Shown: positions 1 through 9,537 of the stretch, in pieces
Layout: every line of letters starts with the position of its first letter
Position numbering within the stretch: the stretch's first letter is position 1
NCBI GenBank assembly: GCA_050250375.1
Contig: JBFWOS010000002.1
Location: forward strand, 773,149-837,148
Reading direction: 5' to 3'
DNA length: 64,000 nt
Source of the DNA: Candidatus Omnitrophota bacterium
GTDB taxonomy: Bacteria > Omnitrophota > Gorgyraeia > Zapsychrales > Zapsychraceae
Program-made: the position numbers and the translations under genes
Notes under the pieces: generated by a model
Databases searched by the model: none
What the model was told of the DNA's origin: nothing
Seen by the model: the letters and a program-made list of their open reading frames with translations, nothing else

Positions 1-554
1 GCGATCGCAAACAGCAGGATGGCCAAAATATCATCCAGCGCCACGATGCCGAAAACGGCTGTAGTGAGCGGTCCCTTTGCTTTGTATTCCCATAACACGT
101 CCGTGGTAGCGGCGGGAGCGGTGGCCGATGAGATCGCGCCTAACAGCAGGGCCAGCGACCAGACCATTTGTGTATCTTGGACGAACAGGCTGCCGATGAA
201 TCCGACCATCAATGTCACCAGGACAAACGCGAACATGCCTTCAAAAAATAAAATGATAATAAACTGCCGGCCGTATTTCGTGAAGATCTCGCGGTTGAGT
301 TCCCCCCCGATCATAAATCCGATTAATCCAAGGGCGAAATAGTTGAACGGCTGCAGGGCCTGGAGCATCTGCGCGTCGATCATCCGGACACCGCTTTGGC
401 CCAAAAGCAATCCGATGAAGATATATCCGACTACCTGCGGGATTTTTAATTTTTGGAATAACCGTCCGCCGATGGTGCCGCCGAATAAAGCCAAACCGAG
501 AACAAGCAGAGTGTTTAAATGAAAATGGGAAATGTTGGCGATCAGAAAATCCAT
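1..554 (-). CDS. Cation:proton antiporter (CPA2/KefB-like), N-terminal part; the gene runs off the window start
   Basis: The reverse-complement reading from the ATG at 554 gives MDFLIANISHF...VVGYIFIGLLLGQSGV..., a hydrophobic multi-TM N-terminus typical of CPA2 Na+(K+)/H+ antiporters. GGAG lies 4 nt upstream of the ATG. There is no stop before position 1. The plus-strand ORF 19..342 is its antisense. Confidence 0.65.
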   Translation of the reverse strand, partial: MDFLIANISHFHLNTLLVLGLALFGGTIGGRLFQKLKIPQVVGYIFIGLLLGQSGVRMIDAQMLQALQPFNYFALGLIGFMIGGELNREIFTKYGRQFIIILFFEGMFAFVLVTLMVGFIGSLFVQDTQMVWSLALLLGAISSATAPAATTDVLWEYKAKGPLTTAVFGIVALDDILAILLFAI

Positions 555-747
555 GGGCTCCGCAGAAAAGGCTATGTGGTTAGGTGTCGATTAATTGAAT
601 GTGCTGACAAAGGCTGATTGAATGTTTAAATATACGCTTTAAAGTATACTCAAAACGGTGGGAAAAATAAAGCGGAAATAATAAATCAAACGGCCGGTTT
701 TTTTAAAGTTGACCGTACTTTAATTTTTCGAACAGGTATTATTTTGG

Positions 748-1584
748 TCACTTTACAGGCATTGGTGTTTGTGGTTGCTGTTCATCCCGGAATTCAAGGT
801 ATGAATTCACTCTGCGTTTCCACCCGGGGAGCCACTTTTCTTCATTCCGGTAAGCCGGGGCATTTTTAACCCGTTCGACCAGCATTTTCTCAGCGGTCTG
901 CACAAATTCTTCCAGGGCCGCCCGGCCTTCGCCCTGCCCCGGCATGTCCGATAAAATCTGCATCAGACCCCAGCCCTGTCCCTGGTAACGTTCAGTCAGC
1001 GATGTTCCCAAACCTTTAAAATTGACATAATCGACCAGGGCAAAGATACCGGCCGGGGTACCGGAGACACGGTAAAACTGTTCTCTGAGTTGTTTCCTTT
1101 TTTCAGGGGGGGAGTTTTTCAGCATTAAAGGCAGGGCTTCGTTCAGGCGTTTGATCAAAAAGTCACCCTGTTTTTCTTTCGTTGATAACAAAAGATGTTT
1201 CAGTTCCCCGGCCTTGACACCCTGCCGGTTTTTAAGAAAATCCTCGCGGGATGTCCACGGACAACCCGGCCGATGCTGAAGCCAACCCGGAATCTTCTGC
1301 CCGGTCGATTGCAGATATTCCAGAAATTTCGGGAAACTTTCATCAAAAGGACCGGTTTGCCCCTGCGGATACCAGATAAAATGGCCGATGCCCAATGACA
1401 TAAACTCCTCGCCTGCGTTCCATGCGAGCAGACATTCTTCCTTCCCTGAACATTCATTTTGAAACACTTTGTCGGAAATCTGGCGTCTGTCTTTCGCCGA
1501 CAGGGAAACGTTTTGTGCTTTCAGGTGAGGACAAAGATTCAGGATTAAAAAGACCAGGACGAGTTTGGCCCAGAATTTGTCCAT
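748..1584 (-). CDS. Hypothetical secreted protein with an N-terminal signal peptide
   Basis: 278-aa ORF. The N-terminus MDKFWAKLVLVFLILNLCPHLKAQ looks like a signal peptide. I recognise no domain. Confidence 0.5.
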   Translation of the reverse strand: MDKFWAKLVLVFLILNLCPHLKAQNVSLSAKDRRQISDKVFQNECSGKEECLLAWNAGEEFMSLGIGHFIWYPQGQTGPFDESFPKFLEYLQSTGQKIPGWLQHRPGCPWTSREDFLKNRQGVKAGELKHLLLSTKEKQGDFLIKRLNEALPLMLKNSPPEKRKQLREQFYRVSGTPAGIFALVDYVNFKGLGTSLTERYQGQGWGLMQILSDMPGQGEGRAALEEFVQTAEKMLVERVKNAPAYRNEEKWLPGWKRRVNSYLEFRDEQQPQTPMPVK

Positions 1585-1595
1585 ACTTGTCCGGT

Positions 1596-1883
1596 TTATT
1601 TTTGAGCCCGGGCCGGTCTGACCCAGCTGGCATTGTTCGTGCCGATCTTGTACATCACCACAACCTGTTTACCGGCCGTCAGGGATTGGTCCAGCGGCTT
1701 TTTGACCACAAAGGTTTTCGGCTGTCGGGACCCGTCATCGATGGTGACGGAATTTTCACGGGCATTGATGGATAGCACTTTCCCCTTGATTGTGGTCAGA
1801 TCTTTACGGAGCAGGGCATGACCCGGGGTGGTTAAGGCTAAAAGCGAAATTGAAACGATCAGGGCGGTGATTATTTTTTTCAT
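1596..1883 (-). CDS. Small secreted hypothetical protein
   Basis: An internal ATG at 1883 (MKKIITALIVSISLLALTTPGHA, a signal peptide) is preceded by an AAGGAG Shine-Dalgarno. The ORF track extends to 1946, but that start lacks an RBS. Confidence 0.55.
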   Translation of the reverse strand: MKKIITALIVSISLLALTTPGHALLRKDLTTIKGKVLSINARENSVTIDDGSRQPKTFVVKKPLDQSLTAGKQVVVMYKIGTNNASWVRPARAQK

Positions 1884-1956
1884 GTTTGAAGCTCCTTTAT
1901 GTGTTTTATTTTTGGTTGGGTGTTGATTGATCATTTTTATCTTCATTGAATAAATA

Positions 1957-2442
1957 TTACTCCAAATGTTCCTTTAATTCACTCCAGGTTTTTTGTCCGA
2001 CTTTTCCGTCGGCTTTTAGCCCGTTATCCTTTTGGAACCGGATAATGGCTTCCTGTGTCTTGACACCGATCTTTCCGTCAACGGGTCCGTTATAATATCC
2101 GGCGTTTTTTAAGGCTCTCTGGATCTGATTGGTTGACGGAACAGAAGAATAGCTCTTTTCAGCCGGTCTGGTATCCATATCGTCCCGCTGGCTTGGATAA
2201 ACTTTCGGCGCCGGGCTTTTCTTGACCGGGGCGGTCGTCGTCCGCGGAAAACTTTCTTTTTCAGAATTTTCGAGGGTGTACCTCAAGCTTGCAAGTTCCC
2301 GCTCTTTGTCTTTCAATTCCTGGTTCAGGGAAATCACCCGCTGCTGGCACTGTTGAAGTTCGAGTTCGTACTTCCGGCCGGATGTCGCGCAGCCGATTAA
2401 AATTGTTAAACATGAAACCACTAGGAATAATCTGTAAATCAT
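1957..2442 (-). CDS. Lipoprotein with a coiled-coil and a C-terminal peptidoglycan-binding (PG_binding_1-like) domain
   Basis: It has a lipobox (LTILIGCATSG) and a heptad-like ELELQQCQQRVISLNQELKDKERELASL stretch. The C-terminus GYYNGPVDGKIGVKTQEAIIRFQKDNGLKADGKVGQKTWSEL matches the PG-binding domain signature. Confidence 0.6.
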   Translation of the reverse strand: MIYRLFLVVSCLTILIGCATSGRKYELELQQCQQRVISLNQELKDKERELASLRYTLENSEKESFPRTTTAPVKKSPAPKVYPSQRDDMDTRPAEKSYSSVPSTNQIQRALKNAGYYNGPVDGKIGVKTQEAIIRFQKDNGLKADGKVGQKTWSELKEHLE

Positions 2443-2447
2443 GATCC

Positions 2448-2729
2448 TTATCCTCGCTTTTTTAAAGTTTTAGTTTGTGTCCGTCTCCGGCTTTTTGATT
2501 TCTGCAATTCTTTGACCGCCTGTAATGTTTCCGGACCGGATTGACCGTTTATTTCTCCTTTATAAAAGCCAACTCTTTTCAGCAAGGTTTGAATGGTTTT
2601 TATATCGGAAAATACTTTTGTTTTTGGAATCAACTGATAGTGCACGGGTTGATACGGCTTTTTTGGGTGTTTCTTTCTTTTATCTTGTTCTGTGTTCAAT
2701 GTTTCTTCTCCCGTTAAACCGCTGCGCAA
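2448..2729 (-). CDS. Small basic protein with a PG_binding_1-like motif
   Basis: 93 aa. LKRVGFYKGEINGQSGPETLQAVKELQK resembles a peptidoglycan-binding repeat. It ends 5 nt upstream of the next lipoprotein gene. Confidence 0.4.
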   Translation of the reverse strand: MRSGLTGEETLNTEQDKRKKHPKKPYQPVHYQLIPKTKVFSDIKTIQTLLKRVGFYKGEINGQSGPETLQAVKELQKSKSRRRTQTKTLKKRG

Positions 2730-3100
2730 GCAACAGGTTGATAAAAAATTTCCTTAATCTTTTCTTCCATTGTAAGACATGAGAACGGTTTTTTGATCAT
2801 ATGCCCGCTTCCATACTTTTTAAGATGATCCGCGCTTAAAAGACAGCGGTAGGAAATCACGGTAAGAACCGGGATTTTAGGGAAATTCTGGTTTAACCGG
2901 CGCAGAATGTTTAATTCAAATTCCTGCGTGGAATGATACATGTTCATGATCAGCAATTGGACAATCCCTTCGCGGCATAATCGTCCGATGATTCCTGAAT
3001 CGCGGAAAATGACTACTTCATGGTGACGGCTTAAAGTCTTTTTCCAGCTGCTGCCGGAATGCCTTTTCGAATCAATAATGATGATCGATCTTTTTGTCAT
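2714..3100 (-). CDS. Degenerate receiver-like (pseudo-REC) domain protein
   Basis: IIIIDSKRH...VQLLIMNMYHS...KKPF has a CheY-like layout, but the phospho-acceptor Asp position reads N. Confidence 0.35.
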   Translation of the reverse strand: MTKRSIIIIDSKRHSGSSWKKTLSRHHEVVIFRDSGIIGRLCREGIVQLLIMNMYHSTQEFELNILRRLNQNFPKIPVLTVISYRCLLSADHLKKYGSGHMIKKPFSCLTMEEKIKEIFYQPVACAAV

Positions 3101-3103
3101 AAA

Positions 3104-4117
3104 TTATTCGACAGGGATAATAATGGTCTGCCCCGGTTTGAGTTTATTGGGGTTGCTGATCTGGTTTTTGTTCAGTTCGTAGATGTATTGCCAGCGATGG
3201 CCGTTGCCCAATTCCCTCTCCGCGATTTTCCAGAGGGTATCGTTTTTGGTAATGATATATTCTTTTTGGGAAACTTTTAACGGCGATTCAATTTTTTCTT
3301 CCTTTTCAATGGAATATCTATTTTCCCCGATGATTTTTGCGGTCTTTTCTTCCGGGAACCGGCCTTCGGGGATCAGCATTTCTTCAACTTCCGCAATCAT
3401 AAACTGGGCGTTCCGGTCTTTCTGCATCCCGACCAGATCATTCACCGGGGCAACGGCGTCCAGTTTGCCGCGGCTGACGATCTTGATCCGTTCTTCTGAG
3501 ATCCCCTGGTCCAGCATAAATTGTTTAACCGTTTCTCCCCGCCTTTTGCCGAGCCTCAGGTTATATTCATTGGATCCGCGGGTGTCGCAATTGCCGGTAA
3601 TCAATATGGTCGATTCAGGATTACGTTGAAGAGTTTTAACTGCTTTCGTGAGAATAGTCGTATGGTCTTCACGCAAGTCGGCCTTGTTGTAATCAAAATA
3701 TATTTTGACGTTTTTGATGATATTTTTGATGAGCAGGGACGGTTTCATTTCCGGCGGTTTGGCTTCTTCCCTGGCCGGTATGGTCTTTGCGGGTTCTGGT
3801 TTTTTAGGCGCTTCAACGATCTCGTCTTCGTCCGGGGCCGCGTAATCATAAATAATTTTATAAACGTACACATATCCGCGGTTCCCCCACGGCCTGGCTT
3901 GTCCGGGTTGATCTGGCCACCACCAGTAACCGCCGCGTTTTTCATCTTTGACGGGAGCGGGCTGGGCATCCGTCGGCCACCAGGCAAAATTCTTCTGCAG
4001 CTGTTCCAGTTCTCCCTGTCTTTTTTCTGATTGGCGGTCTGCGCACCAGGCGGCCTGAGCGCTTAAATTCAAACAGAAAAAGTTGAATAATACGAGAATA
4101 CGGATCAAATATTTCAT
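3104..4117 (-). CDS. OmpA-family peptidoglycan-associated protein with a C-terminal LysM domain
   Basis: Signal peptide MKYLIRILVLFNFFCLNLSAQA. An OmpA_C-like segment reads NVKIYFDYNKADLRE...ITGNCDTRGSNEYNLRLGKRRGETVKQFMLDQGISEERI. A LysM-like segment reads YIITKNDTLWKIAERELGNGHRWQYIYELNKNQISNPNKLKPGQTIIIP. Confidence 0.7.
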   Translation of the reverse strand: MKYLIRILVLFNFFCLNLSAQAAWCADRQSEKRQGELEQLQKNFAWWPTDAQPAPVKDEKRGGYWWWPDQPGQARPWGNRGYVYVYKIIYDYAAPDEDEIVEAPKKPEPAKTIPAREEAKPPEMKPSLLIKNIIKNVKIYFDYNKADLREDHTTILTKAVKTLQRNPESTILITGNCDTRGSNEYNLRLGKRRGETVKQFMLDQGISEERIKIVSRGKLDAVAPVNDLVGMQKDRNAQFMIAEVEEMLIPEGRFPEEKTAKIIGENRYSIEKEEKIESPLKVSQKEYIITKNDTLWKIAERELGNGHRWQYIYELNKNQISNPNKLKPGQTIIIPVE

Positions 4118-4476
4118 ACGGCACATCCCAATACCTTTCGGACTTTTTCCAGCAGGACATCCACCCCCTGAACTTTGTCAAAATAATCATCGGCGCGCGG
4201 AATTGCCTGTCTTTGTTCATCAATAGGGTAAACACTGGCCACGATGATCTTAAAATCAGGATCATACTCATTGATGACATCGCGCATCACCACACCGTTA
4301 ATTTCCGGCATATTGAGGTCCAGCAAAACGAGATCGATGTGTTGGGTTGAAATCAGTTTAAACGTCGCCTGCGACGCGCTCTTCGCCTCAAACACCTCAA
4401 AGCCCTCTTTGGTCAGGACTTCTCTGTAGGTGCTGCGGATCTTTGTTTCGTCATCAATGATGAGAATCTTTTTCAT
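4114..4476 (-). CDS. Single-domain CheY-like response regulator receiver
   Basis: Start at MKKILIIDDETK (ATG at 4476) with GGAGG upstream. It has the DD pair, the D in LVLLDLNMP and the conserved K in DYFDK. Its stop overlaps the OmpA-LysM gene start by 4 bp (ATGA). Confidence 0.75.
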   Translation of the reverse strand: MKKILIIDDETKIRSTYREVLTKEGFEVFEAKSASQATFKLISTQHIDLVLLDLNMPEINGVVMRDVINEYDPDFKIIVASVYPIDEQRQAIPRADDYFDKVQGVDVLLEKVRKVLGCAV

Positions 4477-4575
4477 AGGTTCCTCCAGGTATGTTTCGAT
4501 TCTAGCAAGTTCACATGAGAAGAACATGAAATCAAAATTAAAATTTTCTCATTTTCAGAATTGCGCAGGAAGGGT

Positions 4576-6081
4576 TCAGGCGGCCAGGGGCAGGACAATC
4601 GTAAAGGTGGAGCCTTTGTTTAACTGACTTTCCACCTGAATGCTCCCGCGGTGGGCTTTGGCGACAGCCTGGGCGATATTTAAACCCAATCCGTTGCCTT
4701 TTTGAGCATCCTCGTCCCGGCTGGGGATCTGGAAAAACCGGGTAAAGATCAGGGAAAGATATTCTTCCGCCATCCCCGGCCCCTGATCGGCGACACTGAC
4801 TTTTAAGGAGTCTTCCGTCCTTACGGCATGGATGGTTATTTTCTTTCCGTCCGGGGTGAATTTGATGGCGTTATGGATGATATTTAAAAACAAACGACGT
4901 AAATGCAGGGAATCACCTTTGAGAAAAATATTTTCTTTGGGCAAAATATAGGTGATCTCGATATTCTTTTCTTCAGCGAGAATCTTTGTCTTATCAAAAA
5001 TTGTTTTAAGAAATTCTTTGCCGTCAAAACGTTCGAATTTCAGGAATTTGACGTGGTAGTCCAGTTTGGCTAAAAGCAGTAATTCCTCAATGATCTTGAT
5101 GATCTTTTCAATTTCTTCAAGGTTCTCTTTCAGGACATCTTTATAATCAGACGGACCCAGGTCTGTACGCAGGGCAACCTCGGTTTCCCCGCGTAAAATC
5201 GCCAGAGGAGTTTTCAACTCATGGGCCACTTGTGAACTGAACTGTTCAATATGTTTAAAAGAGTTTTCCAGCCGCGCGATCATGTCGTTAAAAGAATCCA
5301 CCAGGACTTTCATTTCTTCATCAATATTTTCCTGCCCGATTCTCCGGGACAAATCGCTGGAACTGATCTGGCGCGCTGTCAGGACGATGCTGTTGACCGG
5401 CCGTAAAATCCGGTCCGCCAGAAAACGCCCTAAAAATGCGGTCAGGATCAGAACAACCGGTATAATGACCATAAACATCCGCTGCCGGTAACTTAACAAT
5501 TCCAGAATGGGTGTTTCTGTGGAGGCAATGAGGACAAACACCGGATGCCCGGCCGGCAGTGAAATAACGGACTGGATTTTCCGGTAATAATTATGCCCGC
5601 TTTTGATCTCTCCAAAACTGTCTTCGCCGGAAGAAATATTGACGTCAGGCGTGAATTTCTTTATCAGATCATCAGGGATGTTCTGGGACGTGTAAATCAA
5701 CCGGCCCTCGGCATTAAAAAAAGCCACCATGTCCTGGCTTAAATCCAGCCGGTCAAAACGCATGAACCATTTCTCTTCTTCCGACAAAACCTCTCCCTCT
5801 GATTTTTTCTTTTTAACCGCCGCCATATCGGATTTGGGAGGGTACTGAAAGGAAAAAATCCGCTGAATGACCGCCGGGACATCCTCTCCGGATGAGGCGG
5901 ACAGCTCATCCGTGATAATGTTACCGAGCTCATCCACCTTGGCGGACAATTCTTCCTCCAGATCATTGATCAGATATTTTGAAAGACTGGTTTGAAGAAA
6001 GGCGCTGTACAGGATCAGGATAATGCCGAGAATGATCGTAAAGAGGTTTCCGATTTTGAATTTGATGGAATTAAATTTCAT
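4576..6081 (-). CDS. Sensor histidine kinase (two TM, periplasmic sensor, HisKA + HATPase_c), CusS-like
   Basis: H-box AHELKTPLAILRGETEVAL. N/G boxes NIIHNAIKFTPDG...DQGPGM...GNGLGLNIAQ. Its start overlaps the upstream response regulator stop by 4 bp. Confidence 0.85.
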   Translation of the reverse strand: MKFNSIKFKIGNLFTIILGIILILYSAFLQTSLSKYLINDLEEELSAKVDELGNIITDELSASSGEDVPAVIQRIFSFQYPPKSDMAAVKKKKSEGEVLSEEEKWFMRFDRLDLSQDMVAFFNAEGRLIYTSQNIPDDLIKKFTPDVNISSGEDSFGEIKSGHNYYRKIQSVISLPAGHPVFVLIASTETPILELLSYRQRMFMVIIPVVLILTAFLGRFLADRILRPVNSIVLTARQISSSDLSRRIGQENIDEEMKVLVDSFNDMIARLENSFKHIEQFSSQVAHELKTPLAILRGETEVALRTDLGPSDYKDVLKENLEEIEKIIKIIEELLLLAKLDYHVKFLKFERFDGKEFLKTIFDKTKILAEEKNIEITYILPKENIFLKGDSLHLRRLFLNIIHNAIKFTPDGKKITIHAVRTEDSLKVSVADQGPGMAEEYLSLIFTRFFQIPSRDEDAQKGNGLGLNIAQAVAKAHRGSIQVESQLNKGSTFTIVLPLAA

Positions 6082-6758
6082 GCCGGAGGTATTTTGTTTA
6101 ACATATAACCTGATCCGCGCAAGGTGTGGATCAACTGGGTTTTGAAGGTCCGGTCCATTTTCATCCGTAAATAACGGACATAAACATCAATGACATTCGT
6201 CAGGCTGTCGAAACTTTCATTCCAGACATGTTCGGAGATCATTGTGCGCGTGATGACCTGTTCCGGGCGGTGCATAAAATATTCAAGCAGTGCGTATTCT
6301 TTGGCGGAAAGGTTAATCTCCTGTCCGGCGCGCTTGACTTTATGCGTGACCTGATTGAGTTCAAGGTCTTCATATTTGAGGATGGTGGATTTATTGTCCT
6401 GTTTCCGCCTGAGGAGCGCGCGAACCCTTGCCAGGAATTCGTCAAAGATAAAAGGTTTGGTCAGGTAATCGTCTGCCCCCAGATCCAGGCCCGTAACCTT
6501 GTCTTCGGTCGCGTCCCGTGCCGTCAGCATGAGAATCGGCGTGGCCAGGCCCGTCTTTCTTAATTCCCGGCAGACATAAAACCCGTCTTTTCCCGGGAGC
6601 ATGACGTCAAGGATGATCAGATCGTATTCATTGATTTCAGCCGAATACAACGCCTTTTCGGCGTCCGTTACAACATCAACGGCATATTTTTCTTCTTTCA
6701 GGCCGCGCTGAATGAAGTTTGCCATTTTTCTTTGGTCTTCAACGATTAATATTCTCAT
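6078..6758 (-). CDS. OmpR-family response regulator (CusR/CopR-like)
   Basis: MRILIVEDQRK...DLIILDVMLPGKDG...LMLTARDATEDKVTGLDLGADDYLTKPF plus a winged-helix C-terminal domain. It closely matches the CusR pattern. Confidence 0.85.
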   Translation of the reverse strand: MRILIVEDQRKMANFIQRGLKEEKYAVDVVTDAEKALYSAEINEYDLIILDVMLPGKDGFYVCRELRKTGLATPILMLTARDATEDKVTGLDLGADDYLTKPFIFDEFLARVRALLRRKQDNKSTILKYEDLELNQVTHKVKRAGQEINLSAKEYALLEYFMHRPEQVITRTMISEHVWNESFDSLTNVIDVYVRYLRMKMDRTFKTQLIHTLRGSGYMLNKIPPA

Positions 6759-6898
6759 AGGAGATCAAATGGAAACCCGTTCTCGTCGTTTTCCTCTGAT
6801 AACGGGTCGGTATCCAAAATCGTTTGGGATGGACAAGTATGAAAACAAGTATAAAGCAGTGTTTTAAAAAAATAAAGAGGAATTACAGGTGCCGTTTT

Positions 6899-8692
6899 TT
6901 ACTGGGGTTCGGACATTCCCCAGGAATAATCGGTTTCCAGTAAAAGGACCGACTGGATAAACGCCATATGCGAATAACCCTGCGGAAAGTTTCCGGTCTG
7001 ACATTGGTTGACCGGGTCGTATCCTTCGGAAAATAATCCCAGTGGATTTGCCGTCACTAAGGCCCGGTTAAAAAATTCCCTGGCCTCATCTTTCCGGCCG
7101 ACCAGATAAAGGGCATTGACCATCCAGAAGCAGCACAGGATGAACGCATTTTCCGGTTTCCCGAAATCATCTTCTTTGGTGTAACGCATAATAAAACCGT
7201 CTTTAAACAATTCCCGGTGACAAAATTCAACGGTTTTGATCATGCGCGGATCATCAGGCCCTAGAAATCCGTAATGCAGCATTAACAATACCGCCGCGTC
7301 CGCCTGTGTTGAACCGTAATACATCGTAAAAGCCTCTTTCTCTTCATTCCAGCCTTTTTCCAGGATATCGTTTTTAATCACAGCGGCCTTCTGGAAACAG
7401 GAGTCGGCATATTTTGTCTTGCCAATCATTTTCGCGATACGCCCGGCCCGGTCCATCGCCACCCAGTTCATGAGTTTTGAAAAGACATGGTGCTGGGCTT
7501 CTCCCCGGTATTCCCAGATCCCGTTGTCCGGTTTGTCCCAGACATCCGCGGCGTTGTTGACCAGCGAACGGACCACGGTCCACAATTCCTGGTCGAACTG
7601 AAAACCCGAAACGGGATTCATCGTAAAGAACGTGTAAATCGCGTCGATCAATTCACCATACAAATCATTCTGGATCTGCACGTACGCCGCGTTACCGATC
7701 CGTACGGGTTTCGAATTCTTATAACCGGCCAGGGACGTAATTGTCTTTTCTTCGATGATCGTCTCCCCGTGAATGCTGTACATGACGGCGATGTTCTGGT
7801 GTTTGGAAAGCATGCGGTCCAGGACGAAATTCATGTACCGGGTCGACGCGTTAAAATGTCCCAGACGGGAAAACAACTCAATGATCATGGAGGCGTCCCT
7901 GATCCAGCAATACCGGTAGTCCCAGTTGCGTTCCTTACCGACCGTTTCCGGAAGTGATGTCGTCGGAGCAGCAATCACCGCCCCTGATCGGTGATTCATC
8001 AGGAGTTTTAATGTAATCATGGACCGGATGACCATCTCCCGGTAGGTCTCGGGCACTTTTGTCCGGTAGACCCAGCCCAGCCAATATCCTTTGGTGCGTT
8101 CAAACTCGACGTAATTCCGGTCTGAATCAAAGGCCCGGATTTTCTGATGATAAGACAAGACGAAATAACCGGATTCCGGCAGGGTCATCTCTTCTTCGTT
8201 CAGGATTTTTTTAAAATCCAGGTCCGTATACAGATAAAAACTGTGGTAGTCACCGGAATTGCTGATGTATTTGATGTATTCCGTTTCTTCAATGATATCA
8301 ACCGCAGAACCGGCGTAATTCGGACGGAGGTTGATCTGTATTTTGACCTTTGGTTTTCCCGAGATGACCCGGACATTCCGGTGGACTTCGGATGGACAAT
8401 AATAATGCTGGTTATCCATCAAAAACCGCGGCATAAAGTCATAAATGTCAAAAACTCCATCGGATGTTTCGACGCGGGTCTTCAGGATAGCTGTATGACG
8501 GACATATTGCTGGGTAATTCTGGTGGTATTGATCCCGGTTATTTTAAAGGACCCGCCTTTCTCATCATCAAGGATCTTCGCGCATAAAGAAGGCGAGTCA
8601 AAATACGGCATACACAGCCAGTCGATACTCGCCTCGGAAGAAACCAGCGCCGAACTGACGCAATTCCCGATTAAGCCATACGGATAACTCAT
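6899..8692 (-). CDS. Glycoside hydrolase family 15 protein (trehalase/glucoamylase-like)
   Basis: The N-terminus YGLIGNCVSSALVSSEASIDWLCMPYFDSPSLCAKILDDEKGGSF matches the conserved GH15/TreH N-terminal signature. 597 aa. The start overlaps the otsB stop (ATGA at 8689-8692). Confidence 0.75.
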   Translation of the reverse strand: MSYPYGLIGNCVSSALVSSEASIDWLCMPYFDSPSLCAKILDDEKGGSFKITGINTTRITQQYVRHTAILKTRVETSDGVFDIYDFMPRFLMDNQHYYCPSEVHRNVRVISGKPKVKIQINLRPNYAGSAVDIIEETEYIKYISNSGDYHSFYLYTDLDFKKILNEEEMTLPESGYFVLSYHQKIRAFDSDRNYVEFERTKGYWLGWVYRTKVPETYREMVIRSMITLKLLMNHRSGAVIAAPTTSLPETVGKERNWDYRYCWIRDASMIIELFSRLGHFNASTRYMNFVLDRMLSKHQNIAVMYSIHGETIIEEKTITSLAGYKNSKPVRIGNAAYVQIQNDLYGELIDAIYTFFTMNPVSGFQFDQELWTVVRSLVNNAADVWDKPDNGIWEYRGEAQHHVFSKLMNWVAMDRAGRIAKMIGKTKYADSCFQKAAVIKNDILEKGWNEEKEAFTMYYGSTQADAAVLLMLHYGFLGPDDPRMIKTVEFCHRELFKDGFIMRYTKEDDFGKPENAFILCCFWMVNALYLVGRKDEAREFFNRALVTANPLGLFSEGYDPVNQCQTGNFPQGYSHMAFIQSVLLLETDYSWGMSEPQ

Positions 8693-9504
8693 GCTGTTTT
8701 TTCCTTTCCCTTTGAGAGTGTTTCTGAAATCTGTTTTAAGAAGGAACCCATTTCATTCTGCGCTTTCAGGTAATATTGGGCCGCTGAACCTTCGGGATCG
8801 CCGATCTTGACCGTCAGGCCCAGATTGCCGATCGCCCGGAAGGCGTCTTCATCCGTCACGTCATCGCCGGCATACATAATGAGCATCTTTTCTTTATTCA
8901 CTTTTTTCTGCCATTTGGCGCTCAGCCATAAAACCGCGTCGCCTTTGTTCCATTGCACCGGTGGACGCACCTCGATCACTTTTTTCCCTTCCAGGACATT
9001 AATCCTTTGGCTGTTCAAATAACTCCGGCAGACGTCCATGAATATCTTTTTGGCCAGGACCGCTTCCGTGTAGTCGCTCAAACGGTAATGGACTGTAAGG
9101 ACCATTTTTTTATCTTCGACCAATATGCCTTTGAGAGCCGCCAGTTGTTCGGTCAGGAGAGCTTTGATGTCCGATAAATCCTCCATATAGTCGCCGGAAA
9201 CAAGTTGCCGTGTGTCCATTTCCGGATCGTCCATTTCAAGGCCGTGCGTTCCGACGTACGTGATGCCCGGAATATCGATTTTTTGTTTCAAATCAGCCAG
9301 CATCCGCCCGCTGACAGCGGTCAGATGACAGCCTGGGGATTTGGATAAAGTGATTAAGCTTTTCCTCACCGCTTGCGGCATGACGGCTGTTTCCGGTGTT
9401 TCGGCAATCGGCGCCAGGGTGCCGTCATAATCCAGAAAAAGGAATAACTGTTTATTGAGCAATTCCTTCTCAAATTTCTTCCATTCATCAAAAAAATATT
9501 TCAT
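8689..9504 (-). CDS. otsB: Trehalose-6-phosphate phosphatase (HAD family)
   Basis: It has HAD motif I (LFLDYDGTLAPI) and a late DD motif (YAGDDVTDEDAF). It sits in an operon with a GT20 synthase gene. Confidence 0.8.
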   Translation of the reverse strand: MKYFFDEWKKFEKELLNKQLFLFLDYDGTLAPIAETPETAVMPQAVRKSLITLSKSPGCHLTAVSGRMLADLKQKIDIPGITYVGTHGLEMDDPEMDTRQLVSGDYMEDLSDIKALLTEQLAALKGILVEDKKMVLTVHYRLSDYTEAVLAKKIFMDVCRSYLNSQRINVLEGKKVIEVRPPVQWNKGDAVLWLSAKWQKKVNKEKMLIMYAGDDVTDEDAFRAIGNLGLTVKIGDPEGSAAQYYLKAQNEMGSFLKQISETLSKGKEKTA

Positions 9505-9537
9505 GAGTACCTTAAAGAATAGCCGGCCGCGGCAATC

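Noticed and set aside
19-342. Plus-strand 107-aa ORF at the window start
   Set aside because: It is antisense to a clearly recognisable CPA2 antiporter N-terminus (MDFLIANISHF...) that has an RBS. It has no domain or RBS support of its own.
690-712. Possible terminator aacggccggttttttta downstream of gene 748..1584
   Set aside because: The potential stem (cggccg) is too short, and the T run lies on the wrong side for a minus-strand transcript. It is not convincing.
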